Source of the DNA: the human T2T-CHM13v2.0 reference genome, Homo sapiens
Assembly (NCBI RefSeq): GCF_009914755.1
Contig: NC_060947.1
Length of the DNA: 64,000 nucleotides
Direction: 5' to 3' (one strand)
In this document: positions 27,787-43,225 of the stretch, in pieces
Layout of the letters: each line of letters begins with the position of its first letter
Numbering within the stretch: position 1 is the first letter of the stretch
The notes under the pieces: generated by a model
What the model saw: only the letters and a program-made list of their open reading frames with translations
Databases searched by the model: none
Told to the model about the DNA's origin: nothing
Program-made: the position numbers and the translations under genes

Positions 27787-29586
27787 CTATAGACTTTTTT
27801 GAAGATATGGCAGTTACAGAGCTGAAAATATCAAATCACATGAACTCTTATGTGTTAACCATAAATCAGAGTTTAATGCTCCCAAAATAACAGATTGCAC
27901 CCAAGATGTTTTCTAACTGAAGCCTAGGGCCCTTAATTCTCTAGCCCATTTTAGTCATTCCCCAGCCCCCCACCTTTTTAATTTTGTCCTCTGGGCATCA
28001 AAAAGCAATGCGATTTTAATAATTTATTCCCACACTAAAAGCCTTCTTGTTGACGAACACACTCTCTCCTGTACTCTGGTGCTTTCTGAAATATTGTTAT
28101 GTAAGGAACAAATTATTCCCAAATTTAAGCAGATGTCAACAGCTATTACCCTTGTGAAAGCTGCTTGTGAAAGTGTAGAGAGTGGCTTTAGTGTTTTCTC
28201 TTTCCGGTGAAGGGGAAATCAGGCAAAATAAATGTCAGTTTGAGGGTCTAGAAACTGGTGGTTGAATTTAAATAATGAAATAAAATGTCAATACTTTCAG
28301 GGGAAATTTGTCTTTTTATAAAAGACTTCCTTTTCTTCCCAAAACATATATGGCATTTTGGCTAAATTAGCTTTAGCTAACATATCCACTGAGCACATTC
28401 ACATAAACCTTCAAGAAAACCAAGCCTCCGAGTAGCCTCAGGTTTTTTAAATGACAAAATGGTTATGGCGAAAGAAAACATAAGCAGTGAAGCTTCATTT
28501 TCACCCAGAAGAGCTTGCTCCCCACTTGCCTTGTTATGAAACCTTGCTGGCTGAGGGAGCCTCTGGGACAATGACTCCACAGTTATTTTAAGTATCAGTG
28601 TGGGAGGGATGGGGGATGGAATGGACACAGGGCTGATAAATTCCCTTTCCCCACCCCTGGAGGAGAGGAACTCTGGACAGGATGCTGCCTTATTTACTTG
28701 GTGAAAAGCATTTGTGGAATACATTAGATTTGGCCTCTGGCAAAGGGAAAAAAAGAGAACATTAAGTTGAAAATGTTTCCATTTGTTCATATTTTTGAAG
28801 CAAAACCACACAGCAAGAAACAGGATATATTTTTAAAAACATTTTTAATGAATATATCGCCATTCATTCATCTCTTTCCTGTTTCAGTGCTCTTGATAAA
28901 TTGAGCTGAAATAGCTGCATAGCTCTTATCATCTGTGTGAAATTGAGACTGTCAGAGGCATGATCAACAGCAGCCTAAACTAAGCCAAGTTAGAAGCAAC
29001 AGATTTCACTCTGGGCAATATTTTCTTTTTACCTAGAACAAAATATACTATTTGCAGATTTCTTGATGAGGTGATTTCTCCTAGGAAACTTGTCCATGTC
29101 AGAACTTCTTTGACTAGCCGTTTGCACAGGGACTCCTCTCTTCTTTGCTGCCCAGTATACCAGGTCAGGAGTCAGGAGCCCTATACTTCTTTCACGAGGC
29201 CCTCCCAGAACATCAAATGAAAGAGGGTCAGAAAAAGGCAAAAACAAGTGTGATAGCCTACCTCTTTAATGTCACAACCCTGACATTTGAATCGTGTGAT
29301 TTAAATGTAGCCTCATAAATTTTAGATGCAAGCCATAATTACCTAAAGAGTATCATAAGATTATAATACTTAAAGAAAATATCTCTGGCAACAGAGAAAA
29401 CGTTTGTCAAATGCATAAGCATCAAAAATAAATGAAGTATAAGTGGATTAGTGTGAGTATCCAGGCTATAGAGTTTGAGATAACCCAACACAAAATAATT
29501 TTTTCTATTTTTTAATATACTGCAAATTATTCATAACTAATGGCCTTGTAGAATAAATTGTATTGCTATTAAACCATAGTGATAAC

Positions 29587-29905
29587 TACTGTGTTTCATC
29601 AATTCTAAGGTGCACTTTATGTTTTTAGAGATTAGGGTCTCACTATGTTGCCCAAGCCGAACTCGAACTCCTGGGCTCAAGCATTCCTCCTGCCTTGGCC
29701 TACCAAAGTGTTGGGATTACAGGCATAAGCCACTGTGCCTGGCCTAAGGTGCACTTTTTAAAAAACATTTTTACATCTCTGAAATCAGGATGCATCTTAT
29801 ATCAATGGTCTAATGGTTTTTATTGGCATCATTTTTCTTTGTTAGTAGTACACAAAACAACAATGCATCTTATATTTAATGGTATCTTCTACTTGGTGAT
29901 ATGTG
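29587..29905. mobile_element. MER104-like TcMar DNA transposon, split by a FLAM
   Basis: tactgtgtttcatcaattctaaggtgcac...acatctctgaaatcaggatgcatctta. Confidence 0.6.
29619..29744 (-). mobile_element. FLAM (free left Alu monomer)
   Basis: Single antisense left monomer; 13-bp TSD taaggtgcacttt at 29606-29618 and 29745-29757. Confidence 0.85.
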
Positions 29906-29934
29906 CAATTATCTATGGTAGGAAAGAATTTAGC

Positions 29935-30425
29935 ATGAAGCACTTCAACTAACAAATTATATTTTGAGTCACAAGTGCAAGGCATTGGGTTGAGATGATA
30001 AGGAGGCAAAGATAAATATAATGTGTCCCTGATTTCAGAATTAACAGTATAGTAAGGAACCCCATATAAACTACTAAATAAGGGTAAAATGTAGTGCTGT
30101 GGAAGCACAGAGGAAGGAGAAATCATCCTGATTAAAGGATCAGGGAAGGTTCATGGAGGAGGTGACTTTTGAGATGAATCTTTAAGGATAAGAACACTTC
30201 TATCATGCGCATTCAGTGTGGAGGTATATAGATACAGAAGGTTGAAGGAGTAGAATCCAGCCTAAGGAAAAAGAGAAGCAAACCTATGGAGTATGGAAAT
30301 TACTTAAGAACTATCAGAAAGTTGTGATATTTACCGAGTAATGAAACCAACTGGCAAGTTCAGTTTGAGTGGATAGAGGGGGTTGGAAGTAGATTGGTTG
30401 GGTCACATAGTTTGAGATATTGGTA
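29935..30425 (-). mobile_element. L2 fragment
   Basis: gtgctgtggaagcacagaggaagg...gatcagggaaggttcatggaggaggtgacttttgagatg. Confidence 0.6.
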
Positions 30426-30431
30426 GGATAT

Positions 30432-30985
30432 TGTAGTGGACATTTGGACATTTGGCATTTTTGAGCACCCACCCCACACTGAATAATTTCTCCATTGTAT
30501 AAGTTTTGTTGGAAGGTAGAGTCCACTTCCCACTTCCCATTATAGAAGTAAGAAAGGCCAAATACTTGCTTTCCTGCCTTTCTTGCTGCTAGAGTACAGT
30601 TGAGAGACCTAGCTTTGGTCAAATAGACAAATCTGCACAACGAAGATTTGAATCTGGAGTTACTTATGCAAAAATGCAAAACCAAGGGAGAATTCTTTTA
30701 AAGACAATGGCAGCATCAAGATTCAACGTCCATTAGAAGCTGCAGTCTCCACTGCAGTCTCAGTGGTGGTAGCTGCGTTGTCTTCACAGCACTGGTTCTG
30801 CTGAGTGACTTTGACCAAAGTCCCAGCTATGTAACCTCCCTATAGTTTGCTTGTTTTTCAACCTGAACATTTTTCTCTACCTTTCCCAGGGATACTGGAA
30901 GATAGCCATTGTATTTTCAATAGTTTGCTTTTCTGTTTAAGAGTCAGTTTCTGTGGTTTGCAAAATAAGAACCCTGGGTGCTACA
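30432..30985 (+). mobile_element. Old ERVL LTR (LTR33-like)
   Basis: tgtagtggacattt start; 3' gtcagtttctgtggtttgcaaaataagaaccctg. Confidence 0.45.
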
Positions 30986-31229
30986 GACATACACCAGATG
31001 TCTGACAAAGACTTGGAAAATGAGCACACAGCACAAGAGGAAAGTTGATCTAGATAATTAGACAGGGGAATCATTTGACTGGGACTGAAAATTAAAGCTA
31101 AGGGAGAAAATACAGACATAGGCAGAGAAAAGAGGGAGGAAGGGAATAGCATCATTTTTGTGGGAGAATGAAGCAGGAACACTTAGCATCTGTGGGAGAA
31201 AGTAAAGAGCAGTCAGAGAGCCATAGAAA

Positions 31230-31445
31230 ACACATATCCTGAGGGCCTGCTATGTGCTGAGTATTTTACATAAGCTAATTCATTTAATATTTACAAAAAC
31301 TGAGTTACATATTGCTATCCTGGATTAACACATGAGAAAAATTTGATGCATAGATATTAAATAACTTTCTGAAAGTCACATAAATAATAAGTGGTGTGAA
31401 CAGAATTCAAACTCAGATTTGTCTGATTCCAACATTACACTGCTT
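31230..31445 (-). mobile_element. MIR
   Basis: gcctgctatgtgctg...ttaaataactttctgaaagtcaca...gaattcaaactcagatttgtctgattcc. Confidence 0.65.
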
Positions 31446-31498
31446 CCCTGTCAGAAGCTTTAGAAAAGGACATAGATGCCAAAGATAAGACCTTAGTT

Positions 31499-31672
31499 TG
31501 GTGGTTCTTAACCCTGGCTGCACATTGTAATAACCTAGGGAGATATAGAAACTGCTAATGCCTAGGTCCCACTCCCAAAGTTTCTGTTTTAACTTGTCTG
31601 GGGATTGGGGATTGGGACTTTTAAAAGCTTCCCAAGTAGTTCCAGTGTGTAGCCAAGGTTAAGAGCCATGGT
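31499..31672. mobile_element. MER5A-like DNA transposon
   Basis: gtggttcttaaccctggctgcacattg...ttttaaaagcttcccaagtagttccagtgtgtagccaaggttaagagccatg. Confidence 0.75.
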
Positions 31673-31869
31673 GGTATTTCAGCATAACAGTGAAATGGCT
31701 TGAAGAGTGAGTGGGATGTTAGGCTACAGAGGCAGCAAGTGCTCAAGTGGCATATTGACAGGAAACAGTACAGTGAGTGGAAACAGATTTGAGGGATACA
31801 AGTTTGATGTGGGTTGAAAAGAGACTTGGAAGTAGACACAGAGAAGGTAAGTATAGACTATTCTCACAG

Positions 31870-32305
31870 TGAGAGACAGGACTGGCTGGATTTCCTAGGC
31901 CGACTAAGAATTCCTAAGCCTAGCTGGGGAAGGTGACCGCACCCAACTTTAAACACAGGGCTTGTAACTCAGCTCACACCCGACCAATCAGGTAGTAAAG
32001 AGAGCTCACTAAAATACCAATTAGGCTAAAAGCAGGAGGCAAAGAAATATTCAATCATCTATCGCCTGAGAGCACAGGGGGAGGCACAATGATCAGGATA
32101 TAAACCCAGGCATTCGAGCTGGCAGTGGCAACCCTCTTTGGGTCCCCTCCTGTTGTATGGGAGCTCTGTTTTCACTCTATTAAATCTTGCAACTGCACAC
32201 TCTTCTGGTCCATGTTTGTTCCAGCTCAAGCTGAGCTTTCACTCGCTGTACACCACTGCTGTTCGCTGCTGTTGCAGACCCGCAGCTGACTTCCACCTCT
32301 TCGGA
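31870..32305 (+). mobile_element. HERV-W LTR17: U3, R and partial U5
   Basis: Starts tgagagacaggactggctggatttcctaggccgactaagaat; CCAAT at 31984 and 32017, TATAAA at 32099, ATTAAA at 32179; stops abruptly in U5. Confidence 0.9.
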
Positions 32306-33874
32306 AAAAATATTTTTGTGTCAGACAGGGCTGAGATATGTGGTGGAAAAGTAGTGAGGGGAACTTGAGGAAAGCAAAAAAGTAGAATTGGAAAAATGTG
32401 GGTAAGAAATGGATTAAGGGAGTCAAAACGAAAGAGTAAAATAATGTTCACTTGAGATCATATAAAAAAATTTAAGTGCAATAAATCATCAAGGTTACAT
32501 GGATTTCTCAAAAAATACTTGTAAGTCTTGAGAAGGTAAGAAAATGCATAATGGAGTTGACCCACAGGTGGAGATCATCCAGGCTGATCAAGTGATGGGT
32601 AAGGGAGTGAGGAAATTTGAGGTGCTACTGAGATAACATACAAATGTACATTTGATATCAAAGCAACACTATTTACTTTGACATGAAGTTTAGTGTATTA
32701 AAATGTAATAAGCTTCAATACCTCATATGGCACATAAAATATATGAAATCCAAAATTCGTATTGAAATCCAAATGCATTCAGTGACAGATAATGATGACT
32801 CTAAAAGAGGAAGAAGTTGTGGTTTCAAATCAAGAAATGATGCAAAGTGATTAGACTAGTGACCAGAGGCCTAAATAATTAACTTGGTAATTGATCTTCC
32901 TTCCTTACAGACAGGCCACATTTCAGATACTGGCCAAACATATAGATTACATATAAAATCATTTCATTACAGAATGCTAGTTCTATAGATTATGCCTCTT
33001 CTAATTCAATGAAAAAAGGAACAGTTTTTTAAACATTGCTCAAGTTGATGCCTCTGTTCACTTCTCTTAATTCAGATCCCTGAATGCTCTAACTTCCCAA
33101 CCATTTCTCAAACCTCATTCTAGCCACAGACCACTTCATAGAAGTTTTATTGGTGACACAATTTTTTGAGAATGTTCCTCCAGGCAACCAAGGCATTGAG
33201 TTTGGTGCTTTCCGTTCTTTAGAGTACTCTCTTTAGACTCTGAAATTTGGCACAAAAGGTACCCTCTACCTAGAATGTGCTTCCTCCACTCTCATCCCTC
33301 ACTCCCGCCTCCTTTCTTTGGTCTTTTGATTAGACAACTTGTTCAAGACTCCATTGAAGTATCACTATCCTGGGTAGCCTTTCTCTAGACATATGCTCCC
33401 ATAATACCCTGATCCTACTTTCTACTCATTCCTTGCATCCCAGCTGTAATTATTTGCCCAGAGTCTGCTGCTCTGCTAAACTATAAGATCTGTAAGGCAA
33501 GGACCATGCCTTCCAAGTCATAAGTATTCAATAAATATTTGTTGAGTATTTGAATGAGGGAGTAATTGTAAGTGGAAAATGGATGGTATGGGAGAGAAAC
33601 TAAGGCAGGAAACCTCACTTAGGAAGCTATCATAGTCAACAGATAAAGCAGACACCTACATTTCTTTCATCCTTTACCATTTTCATACATACCAGCCCCC
33701 AATGTGCTTTCCTCTAAACAGCCAGCACCGGCATTTCTGTTGGTCTGAGGGCTTCCAGAGCCTTTCTTTCGCCTGTTCTCATGGAGATCAGGAAGGACCT
33801 GTGAATTGACGTCCCTTAGGGGCATTCCTTAGCTAATGACTGACAAGTACAAAACTATAAATACTCCAGCTCCC

Positions 33875-35430
<1,556 letters not shown>

Positions 35431-36210
35431 GGGTGTTTCCCCTTGTCATCCCTTCTCCAGGATAATCTTCTAAATATTTTAAAGGACTATTTATATGACA
35501 TGCTCTTCATATCTTTCACAGTCATGAATCTTGCAAAGACAAGGATCATATCCACCTTGTCCACTACACAGCCAAGAGGTAGTTTTTATATATGCCCATC
35601 ATCTAGCAAAGTGACTGGCACAGAGAAATTACATACTGAATATATGTTGAATGAATGAAATAAGGAAAGAAAGTAATTTGATGTTATCATTTATTATTAG
35701 TGGAAGTTCTGGTGATAAGGAATAGAATAGATATTAATAAAAGCAGGCTCTGAGAAAAAGTCTTATACTTACTCACTCCCTCTACCATACCAGAATGCCA
35801 CAAAAGAGCTCTCCACATTTCTCCTTTGCTAAGATGGAGTTTTGGAGAAGAGAGGAAGGAGGGTGATTTTTCATCTTCTTCATGGTTATCAACATCATAT
35901 TAAGGATTTACTATTTTCCAGACTTCATTCCAAGTGCATTAAGTAGATTATTTCATCTAATCCTCATAAAAATTCTTTGAGGCAGGTTCTGTTAGCATTT
36001 TCCGTGTATACATGAGGAAATTGGGACTTGTAGAAGGTTGATGACAAAGCTAACATCACAGTGATAGTAAGAATGAAAATGGGGATTCCACACTAGGTTT
36101 AAGTCTTTGCTTTTAACTCAGAACCATGCTCTTAAACATTTCATTTCCAATCAACTAGAAGGCAGACACCTCAATGTAGTTCCTCTACTCTTGGAGGACT
36201 GGCTCAGGTC

Positions 36211-36598
36211 TACATTAGTTTGCTAGGGCTACCATAACAAAGTACCACAGTCTGGGTGGCTTAAATAGAAATTTATTATTTTTACAATTCTGGAGGCTAG
36301 AAATCTGAGATCAAGGTGTTAGCAGGGTTGGTTTCTTCTAAAGACTCTCTCCTTGGCATATGGACAGCCATCTTCTTCCAATATCTTCGGATGGTCTTCC
36401 CTTTGTGTATGCCTGGGTCCAAATTTCCTTATCTTATAAGGACACCAGACATACTGGGTCAGGACCCACCCATATGACCTCATTTTACCTTAATTACCTC
36501 TTTAAAGGTCCTGTCTCCAAATACAGTCACATTCTGTGGTACTAGGGGTTAGAATTTCAACATATAAACTTTGGGGGGACCCAACTCAGCCCATAACA
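36211..36598 (-). mobile_element. MLT1A/B/C-type LTR
   Basis: attagtttgctagggctaccataacaaagtaccacag...ttctggaggctagaaatctgagatcaaggtg...cagcccataaca. Confidence 0.85.
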
Positions 36599-36654
36599 GG
36601 AGCTTTTATTACCTGCACCAAGCAACTAGAAATTTGAGATCACATCTGTACTGA

Positions 36655-37140
36655 CCAGCAAGGATCTGTGAATAAAATTCAAGGGTTTTGTGAACATAAA
36701 TGAGAGGAAGTCAGATCTTTATTTTCACAAACATTTAAATAAAATTTAGTATTTCCTTTAAACATGAATGCCAGCAACAAACTACACTAGCTGTATCTGT
36801 GACTTCATCATCAACAGAAGTCACAGATATTTTCATATCACATTACAGCTGTTGCAGACATCTCAGGGTTTATACTCATCATTACACTGAAATTATGACA
36901 GATTACAGATCCACTATTGGATCTGGATTTTTAACACATTAATAAATAAACACTATCTCACTATATCACGAAGTTGTTTCATAATTATTTCCATAACTGT
37001 ATTTCAATATAATTGGTTTCCTTTGCAATCCTAAATAATTTATTTTACATATTTAAAAACATTATTCTGAGAAAGGGGTTTATAGACTTCATCATATTTC
37101 AAAGGGGCTCATGGTACGAAAAGATGTTTTTGAACCCCTG
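36655..37140. mobile_element. hAT-Charlie non-autonomous element (Charlie4a-like)
   Basis: actgtatttcaatataattggtttcctttgcaatcc...cattattctgagaaagggg...gaacccctg terminal. Confidence 0.6.
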
Positions 37141-38389
37141 TCTGATGGATCTGACCACAGATGGCAGCCCAATTGAGATGAAAATAAGCCAAGTCATACA
37201 AGAAAAGATAAATAACCCATCACGTTGGGTTTAAAGTGTTTAATGCAATTTCTAATTTATTCATAATTTGAGATAAGGGGTCCTCACCGTGTATATTGTG
37301 TCTTTCAAAATACTAAACACTAAGATCCATTTTATTTTATGTCATCTCAGGCTTCAATTGTGCCTTCTCTTTCAGGTCCTCAACTTGGGTCCTGCCTTCT
37401 TTCTGCCCACCTTGCCCTTAAAGTCCTTGAGTTCTGATTCAGTGCTTTGGATTCATCAGCTAAGTAGTGTCCTTGAGGAAGCAAATGACCCAGGATTTTT
37501 CTGAAGAAAATGATGATCTGTTATCTGAGAGAGGGAAGGTACTGAGAGTAATGTGTATGGAGGCCTCTTGGTAGACATGACATTACCTGTTTCACAGCAC
37601 CTTGAAATTTTTAACCATCACCTATCCCAGAACCCCAACAGCTATTTTTAAGCTCTTAGTGTCCTGCTATCTGTGGAGCAGCAGTGGATCTGGGTTTTGT
37701 GGGACTCTGAAGCCTATACACTCTGCGGGCTCTCTTTAAGAAAAAGGTTACAAAATTACAAATACAAAATTAGGCATGGTAACTTGGAAGGGACCAATGC
37801 AATTGGTGTCCCTGAAGCTTAAGTTATTTTTGCTTCTTAGTACACCTTCCTTTGTAATAGGGATTGTGATATAATAGAAATAATAACAGAAAGAGCATAA
37901 TATTTGGAGTTAGGTTTCAAGTCTTAACCTATCACTTGCCAGCCTAGAATACTTACATGGTCAGAGAAACTGGAGATAATGAAGGGTCCCAGCAACTTGG
38001 GAGAATAGTAACCCAAGCATCTCCACGAAAACACCATCCTTAGAAGGTTATTCTGAGAATCTACTATGACAATTGATGTGAAGGGGCTTAATAAACTAAA
38101 GGTACTAATAAATATGTTAATTGTGGTCTTATTACACCCTAAGAAGTCTTTTTACAGAGATGTTTCTCTTTGCAGCTCTTTGGCCACCAGGCAAAACCTC
38201 AGATGAAGGAAGACTGCAGTAGAAGCGATGAGCAGTGTCCTTTCTGCATGGCTGGACCAAGATTAGAGTCAAAGTCACTGTATCTTCTACTATTTTCTTC
38301 TTGATTTGCATCCAGAATTGTCTCTGTACTAACTAGATTTTAATTAAAAGGAAGTGGAATAGTAAGATATAAATTTCCACTTATAAAAT

Positions 38390-38880
38390 TAGCATATAGG
38401 TGGGAGTATTACAGTTTTCATGAAAAGCAATTTGAGAGACTGTTAAGAACTTAAAAGATGAACATAGATACCTATCCTAAGGAAATAATTAGAGAGACCA
38501 ATTAACATATCGACAGGGCTATTTATTATTCTGAATAATTGAAAAACTAAATGTACAATGTCCAATATTAGATGAATGAATAAATTATAGCATACTAATA
38601 TAATTACAGTATACTCAGATAATGAGCTAATATGAATTCATTAAAATAATACTTTAAAATACTCCTTTAAATGAATATATTTATAATACAATGTTATTTA
38701 AAAATGATGTGTAAAGTAAAACCTCTAGGTTGAAAGAAAATATGGGAAAAGGTTAATACTAGATATCTGTAGGTATCAGCATTAGGTAATTGCTACTTTG
38801 TTCCTTATTCTTTTGTGCATTTTTAAATTTTTCCACCATAGACATATAATTATTATAAAAACATTAATTTTAAAAGATGA
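38390..38880 (+). mobile_element. Ancient L1ME 3' fragment
   Basis: gaaaagcaatttg...cctatcctaaggaaataatt...aatgtccaatattagatgaatgaataaattatag. Confidence 0.5.
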
Positions 38881-40404
38881 AAGAACTCGATCTGAAAATG
38901 TAGATTCCTATTGCACATAAGAAGCTTGGTTTCAGATGCACTTCATTATTAATATTGGTTAACAAGAATAAGACGAATAACACTTTGCTGGCAAGTTCCT
39001 AGGATCAGGTTTGCTAGAATTTTAAAAAGTTCTCTGTCTGAGGGCAGTAGATGGGAACAGCTTAGTTTTATAAAGTGGTAAAAGAATGGGCAAATAGAGT
39101 CTGATTCTACCATCCTGTCTGCCTTTAAAATTGTGTGCGATTTGTGTTAACTGCTTGTGTTTGGTTGACAGATCAAGGGCCACCCTGCAGATCCTCAGAT
39201 AGCAAGAACTTAGATGGTAATTTCAGTCCACAGCAGATGGGAACTGCTGGCACATAAGGTCACTCAAAATTGTAGTTGCTTTATCTCCATAGAGCTATGA
39301 AGAGAGGAAAGAAGCTATAAGCCTGCCATTAGATAGTGCATTTGGTTCATTCCAGAAAGCTCCTATTAGTATGTTCAATGGGCAAAGCACATACAAGTGT
39401 AGACTTTCAATTAAATTGCTCACAAAAGATCATCAGGATCAAGGTTAGAGAATGATAGCCAGGCCAAAAGTAAAGAAAAACAATGAATTGGGGGTATCCA
39501 TATAGGTATAATACCATGAGGCCCTAATGATACAAAATGTGTATTAGCAAAATCATGCTTTACTGTTTTGCTACTTAGTAATTTTGGACCTTACATGATT
39601 CAGGATGCAATTTCAGTAAAATAAAAAGTTTAAAACATTGGTGGTAAAAGACTCAAAGTGTTCAAATTTGTCACGGCAAATTGCTTTAGAGATGAATTTT
39701 TCCTTTTAAGACTGAGATGGTGCCAACTTGTATAGGCAAAAAGAAAGTATTTCAGTAGTGGGGTTAAAGTATAAAAAATGTTTTTCAGATCTTAATAAGG
39801 TGATTAAGTCTACAAATAGGATACTTTTAAATGAGTAAAAAGTGATAAAGTCATAGAATGTGAATTAAATTTAGAATACATGAAACTCACTGGGCTCTGA
39901 GGATCATGGGTCATTTTTTCCTGCTTTTAGATGAATTTAATAAAGACCTTTGAAATTTTCATACCTCCTTTATAAGTCTTCAAAAAATGTTTAATTATGT
40001 AAAGGTAATAGCATCTTAGTCATATAATTAAGAAAATAAGAATAACAAGCAACATAGAATTGAGAAAAAACAGGAGTAACACAAAAAATCATTTAAAAGC
40101 AAGAAAAAAATCAGTCTACAACAATTAAGTTTGAATTCCTCTGCCCGACTTACTGAGCCCTTTAGAATTAAGCCTAAAATTAATGACTTGACATTGCTTC
40201 CCACCAAGACATCCTGACTTCTCTAATCAGGCTGTTCCCAAGAACAGCTATGTCCATTTATCAATGGGTTTTTACTCTCTTTTCTTCTATCACCTTCTTT
40301 TTTCCACATTTTTCAAGAACAAGCTCAAACTCTACTTTTGATCATTCTGAACAACCTATTTCTCAGAAACTCCAATAGTGGTGGTAATGATAATTATAAT
40401 AACA

Positions 40405-40830
40405 AAAGCAACAATAATAACAGCCAGCCTTTAGTGAACACACACCATGTTCGAGACACTGTTTTAAGCACTACATGTGTATTACTTAATTTATAATAAC
40501 TTTGTGCAGTTGGTACAATTATTATCACTACTTTACATATAAGGAAACTGAGGCAGAAAAGGTGAAGTAATTTCCCCACTAAGTAGCTAAGAAGTATTGA
40601 AGGCCACACACATTAGATTATATATAGTGTCATCTTTACATACATTGTCCCCTTAATTCTTACAACAGCACTATTAAGTAGATATTGTTATATCTCATTA
40701 TGAATATGACAAAACTGAAGCTCAGAGAAGTTAAAGATATTTTTCTAGGTTACACAGAAAGTATGCAGCACATTAAGATTAAAACCTAAATTCCATGCCT
40801 GCAATGTCTTGATTCCAAAGCACTAGACTA
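40405..40830 (-). mobile_element. Two adjacent MIR fragments
   Basis: ataaggaaactgaggcagaaaaggtgaagtaatttccc and gacaaaactgaagctcagagaagttaa. Confidence 0.7.
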
Positions 40831-43225
40831 CAGTAAGGCCCTGAGGATCAGGGACACATCTTATCCTTTTGGACACAGTGCCCAGAAAAGAATTAAATAG
40901 ATGGAAACTAAGTTGTTCCAAAAACATTTGTTCTAACAAGGGTCCTAAAAAGAAATACTGGAATAAGTTAGCCAAAATGATAACTTATTATTTTTTGCTT
41001 ATGATGAAAAGTATGCCTTCCTCTAAAACCATAAAGCTCCTAAAAGTTAATTTGCTTTGTGTTAATATTTTGATGCATCTCTACATTTTTAAATCTAACT
41101 TCAAATTATTATTACATCAGCCATTCTGTCTCTGGTAAAATGAGGAAGGATAACATTGCCCCCAGGGTTGCTTTTTTTTGAAAGCTTTTTAGCTTGATAT
41201 TTTGCTGTTTGTCTCTTGGCTTATTTCAGCCAGGATAGAAGAAGAGGAATGATTATTGTATGGGTGTATTTTTGCCTCATTTCCCTAGCAGTAGAACTAT
41301 ATATTTCACCTACCTATCAAGGGTTGAGAAACCTCAGCTTAGAAAAGTAAGTAAACACAACCAATTTTGAATAGAAAGGAAACAGATCAAGTTACACCTG
41401 ACATTCAAGGAGCCCAAGGAAGTCAAGTCTCCACCAAGTAGAACAAACTGGAACCTAGTTCTTTCTGCAGCTCTTTGAAAGGAAGGTTTGGGGATACAGT
41501 TTTCTACATCTTTTGTCCTATTGAGGAAAGATGGGGAATCCATTATTGATATCAAGGGATTGGTGGAAATGAGAATGAAGTATTACTCTCGGAGTTGGAA
41601 GAGAACTTGGCTTTGTCAGTCATTTATGTTTAAATATCTTCCACAACATTCCCACCAACTGGTCACTGCCTATGCTTAAAAGCATTCCAGAGAATGTTTG
41701 AATTCCAAAGTTGACTCATTCCAGCGTTGGGCGGCTTTCATCACATCAGAGTAAAATATTTCTTCCTCCTCAGTTTCTCCATAGTAGTAAATTATTACTC
41801 TAAGATTAACATTACGGGATTTTATCATTATATTTATTATTGCTTTATACTTATGTAAAACAGTATCTTAGTGTGTATCTACTAACAAGATATTTGACAA
41901 GTATTTCCTACACATATAAAATTATGATAATAGGTACTGTTTATTGAACCATTATGATAAGAGTTAATGAACATTAGTTATTTTATTATTATTGAGCACT
42001 TAGGGGATCTATGAGGCATAGTGCTAAGCCTTATATTACACATTACATGTTATAGATACTGACTCATAAAATTCTGACAATCATATTATGAGGTAGATGT
42101 TATAATCTCTGTATTGCAGAAGACTGAAACTCAAAGAATTTCAATGTCTTGCTCAGAGTCACATAGCTAAATGGTAAAGCCAGGTTTCTTTAGATCCCAA
42201 GTCAGTGCTCCAAAAAACTAATCTGTATCACGTCCCAAATAAGACCCTAGTTCACTCTACATAAACATTTCTGTTTATTGCATTAAATAGGTCCGTTCAC
42301 AAAACTTTATACAGTACTGGACAGATTAGCTGTGTGTGTCAGCTTGTGTATATATGTCTGTTTAACAGTAGCTAAATATTTTAAAAGAATAAAACTCTAA
42401 CTTCAGAGAAGCAGATATCTCATCAATGCTGCCAAAAATCACTAAAGAAGAGTGGCTTCAGTTAATGCTATATTGGCAAGACAAAAAAAATGTCACAACT
42501 TTTATGGCTTTAGTGACTATTCTTTGTTTCAGATCAAGTATACTCTGAATCATTCTTTTCCACTTTCTCTTTGCCACAAGCCAGATAAACATTGACCTGA
42601 CATGAAGTAAACCCAATATATCCATCCAGAGTGGCATATACCCTCTGTGTTACAGAGAATAGTAGCTAAAGATAAAAAAAGAAAAAGCTCATGTTCCATC
42701 TGATATCATATAAACATACTTAGAATTTTTGTGCTAGATTTTGAAACCCCGTTAAATATGTAGTGGATCATTTTGATATTGCTTCAGGTATTCTTCTAGC
42801 CTCTATTATCATAAGCTTGTCTCTACAAGAATCATGTATTTTTATGCCAATTTCACAAATCTATACTCAGTGTCTTTAGTCAATTTTTAAAAATGTAATT
42901 GCTTATTGTGCTACTATGCTGGACCTTATCTATAAAGCTTGTTTGATTGTCTGCTGTGATTGTTTGTTTGCAAATACATGTAGCCTACAGAAAACCTTAC
43001 AAATTAAGGCAATTTCTTGGCAATGAAATTTCTCCCCAAGAATCTTGTAGACACAAGAACATTATCTATTTGTATAGAGATTACAGGAAAATCCTACTGA
43101 TTGTCTCTTTAAAACTAAGGATGGAATACAGTATCCAAAAGTATGATTCTATCTTTATTGTCTGCTATTTTAGTCATACCTCACATTTATGAGAAATCCT
43201 GGATTCGGAAGTTACTGCTAAAGAA

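Noticed and set aside
28377-28811. 144-aa minus-strand ORF
   Set aside because: Non-ATG start, unremarkable composition, no recognisable domain.
38161-38285. Strong-looking splice acceptor tgtttctctttgcag (others near 2088, 42532, 55691, 63964)
   Set aside because: Isolated acceptor-like motifs are common; no paired donor and reading frame can be supported without transcript data.
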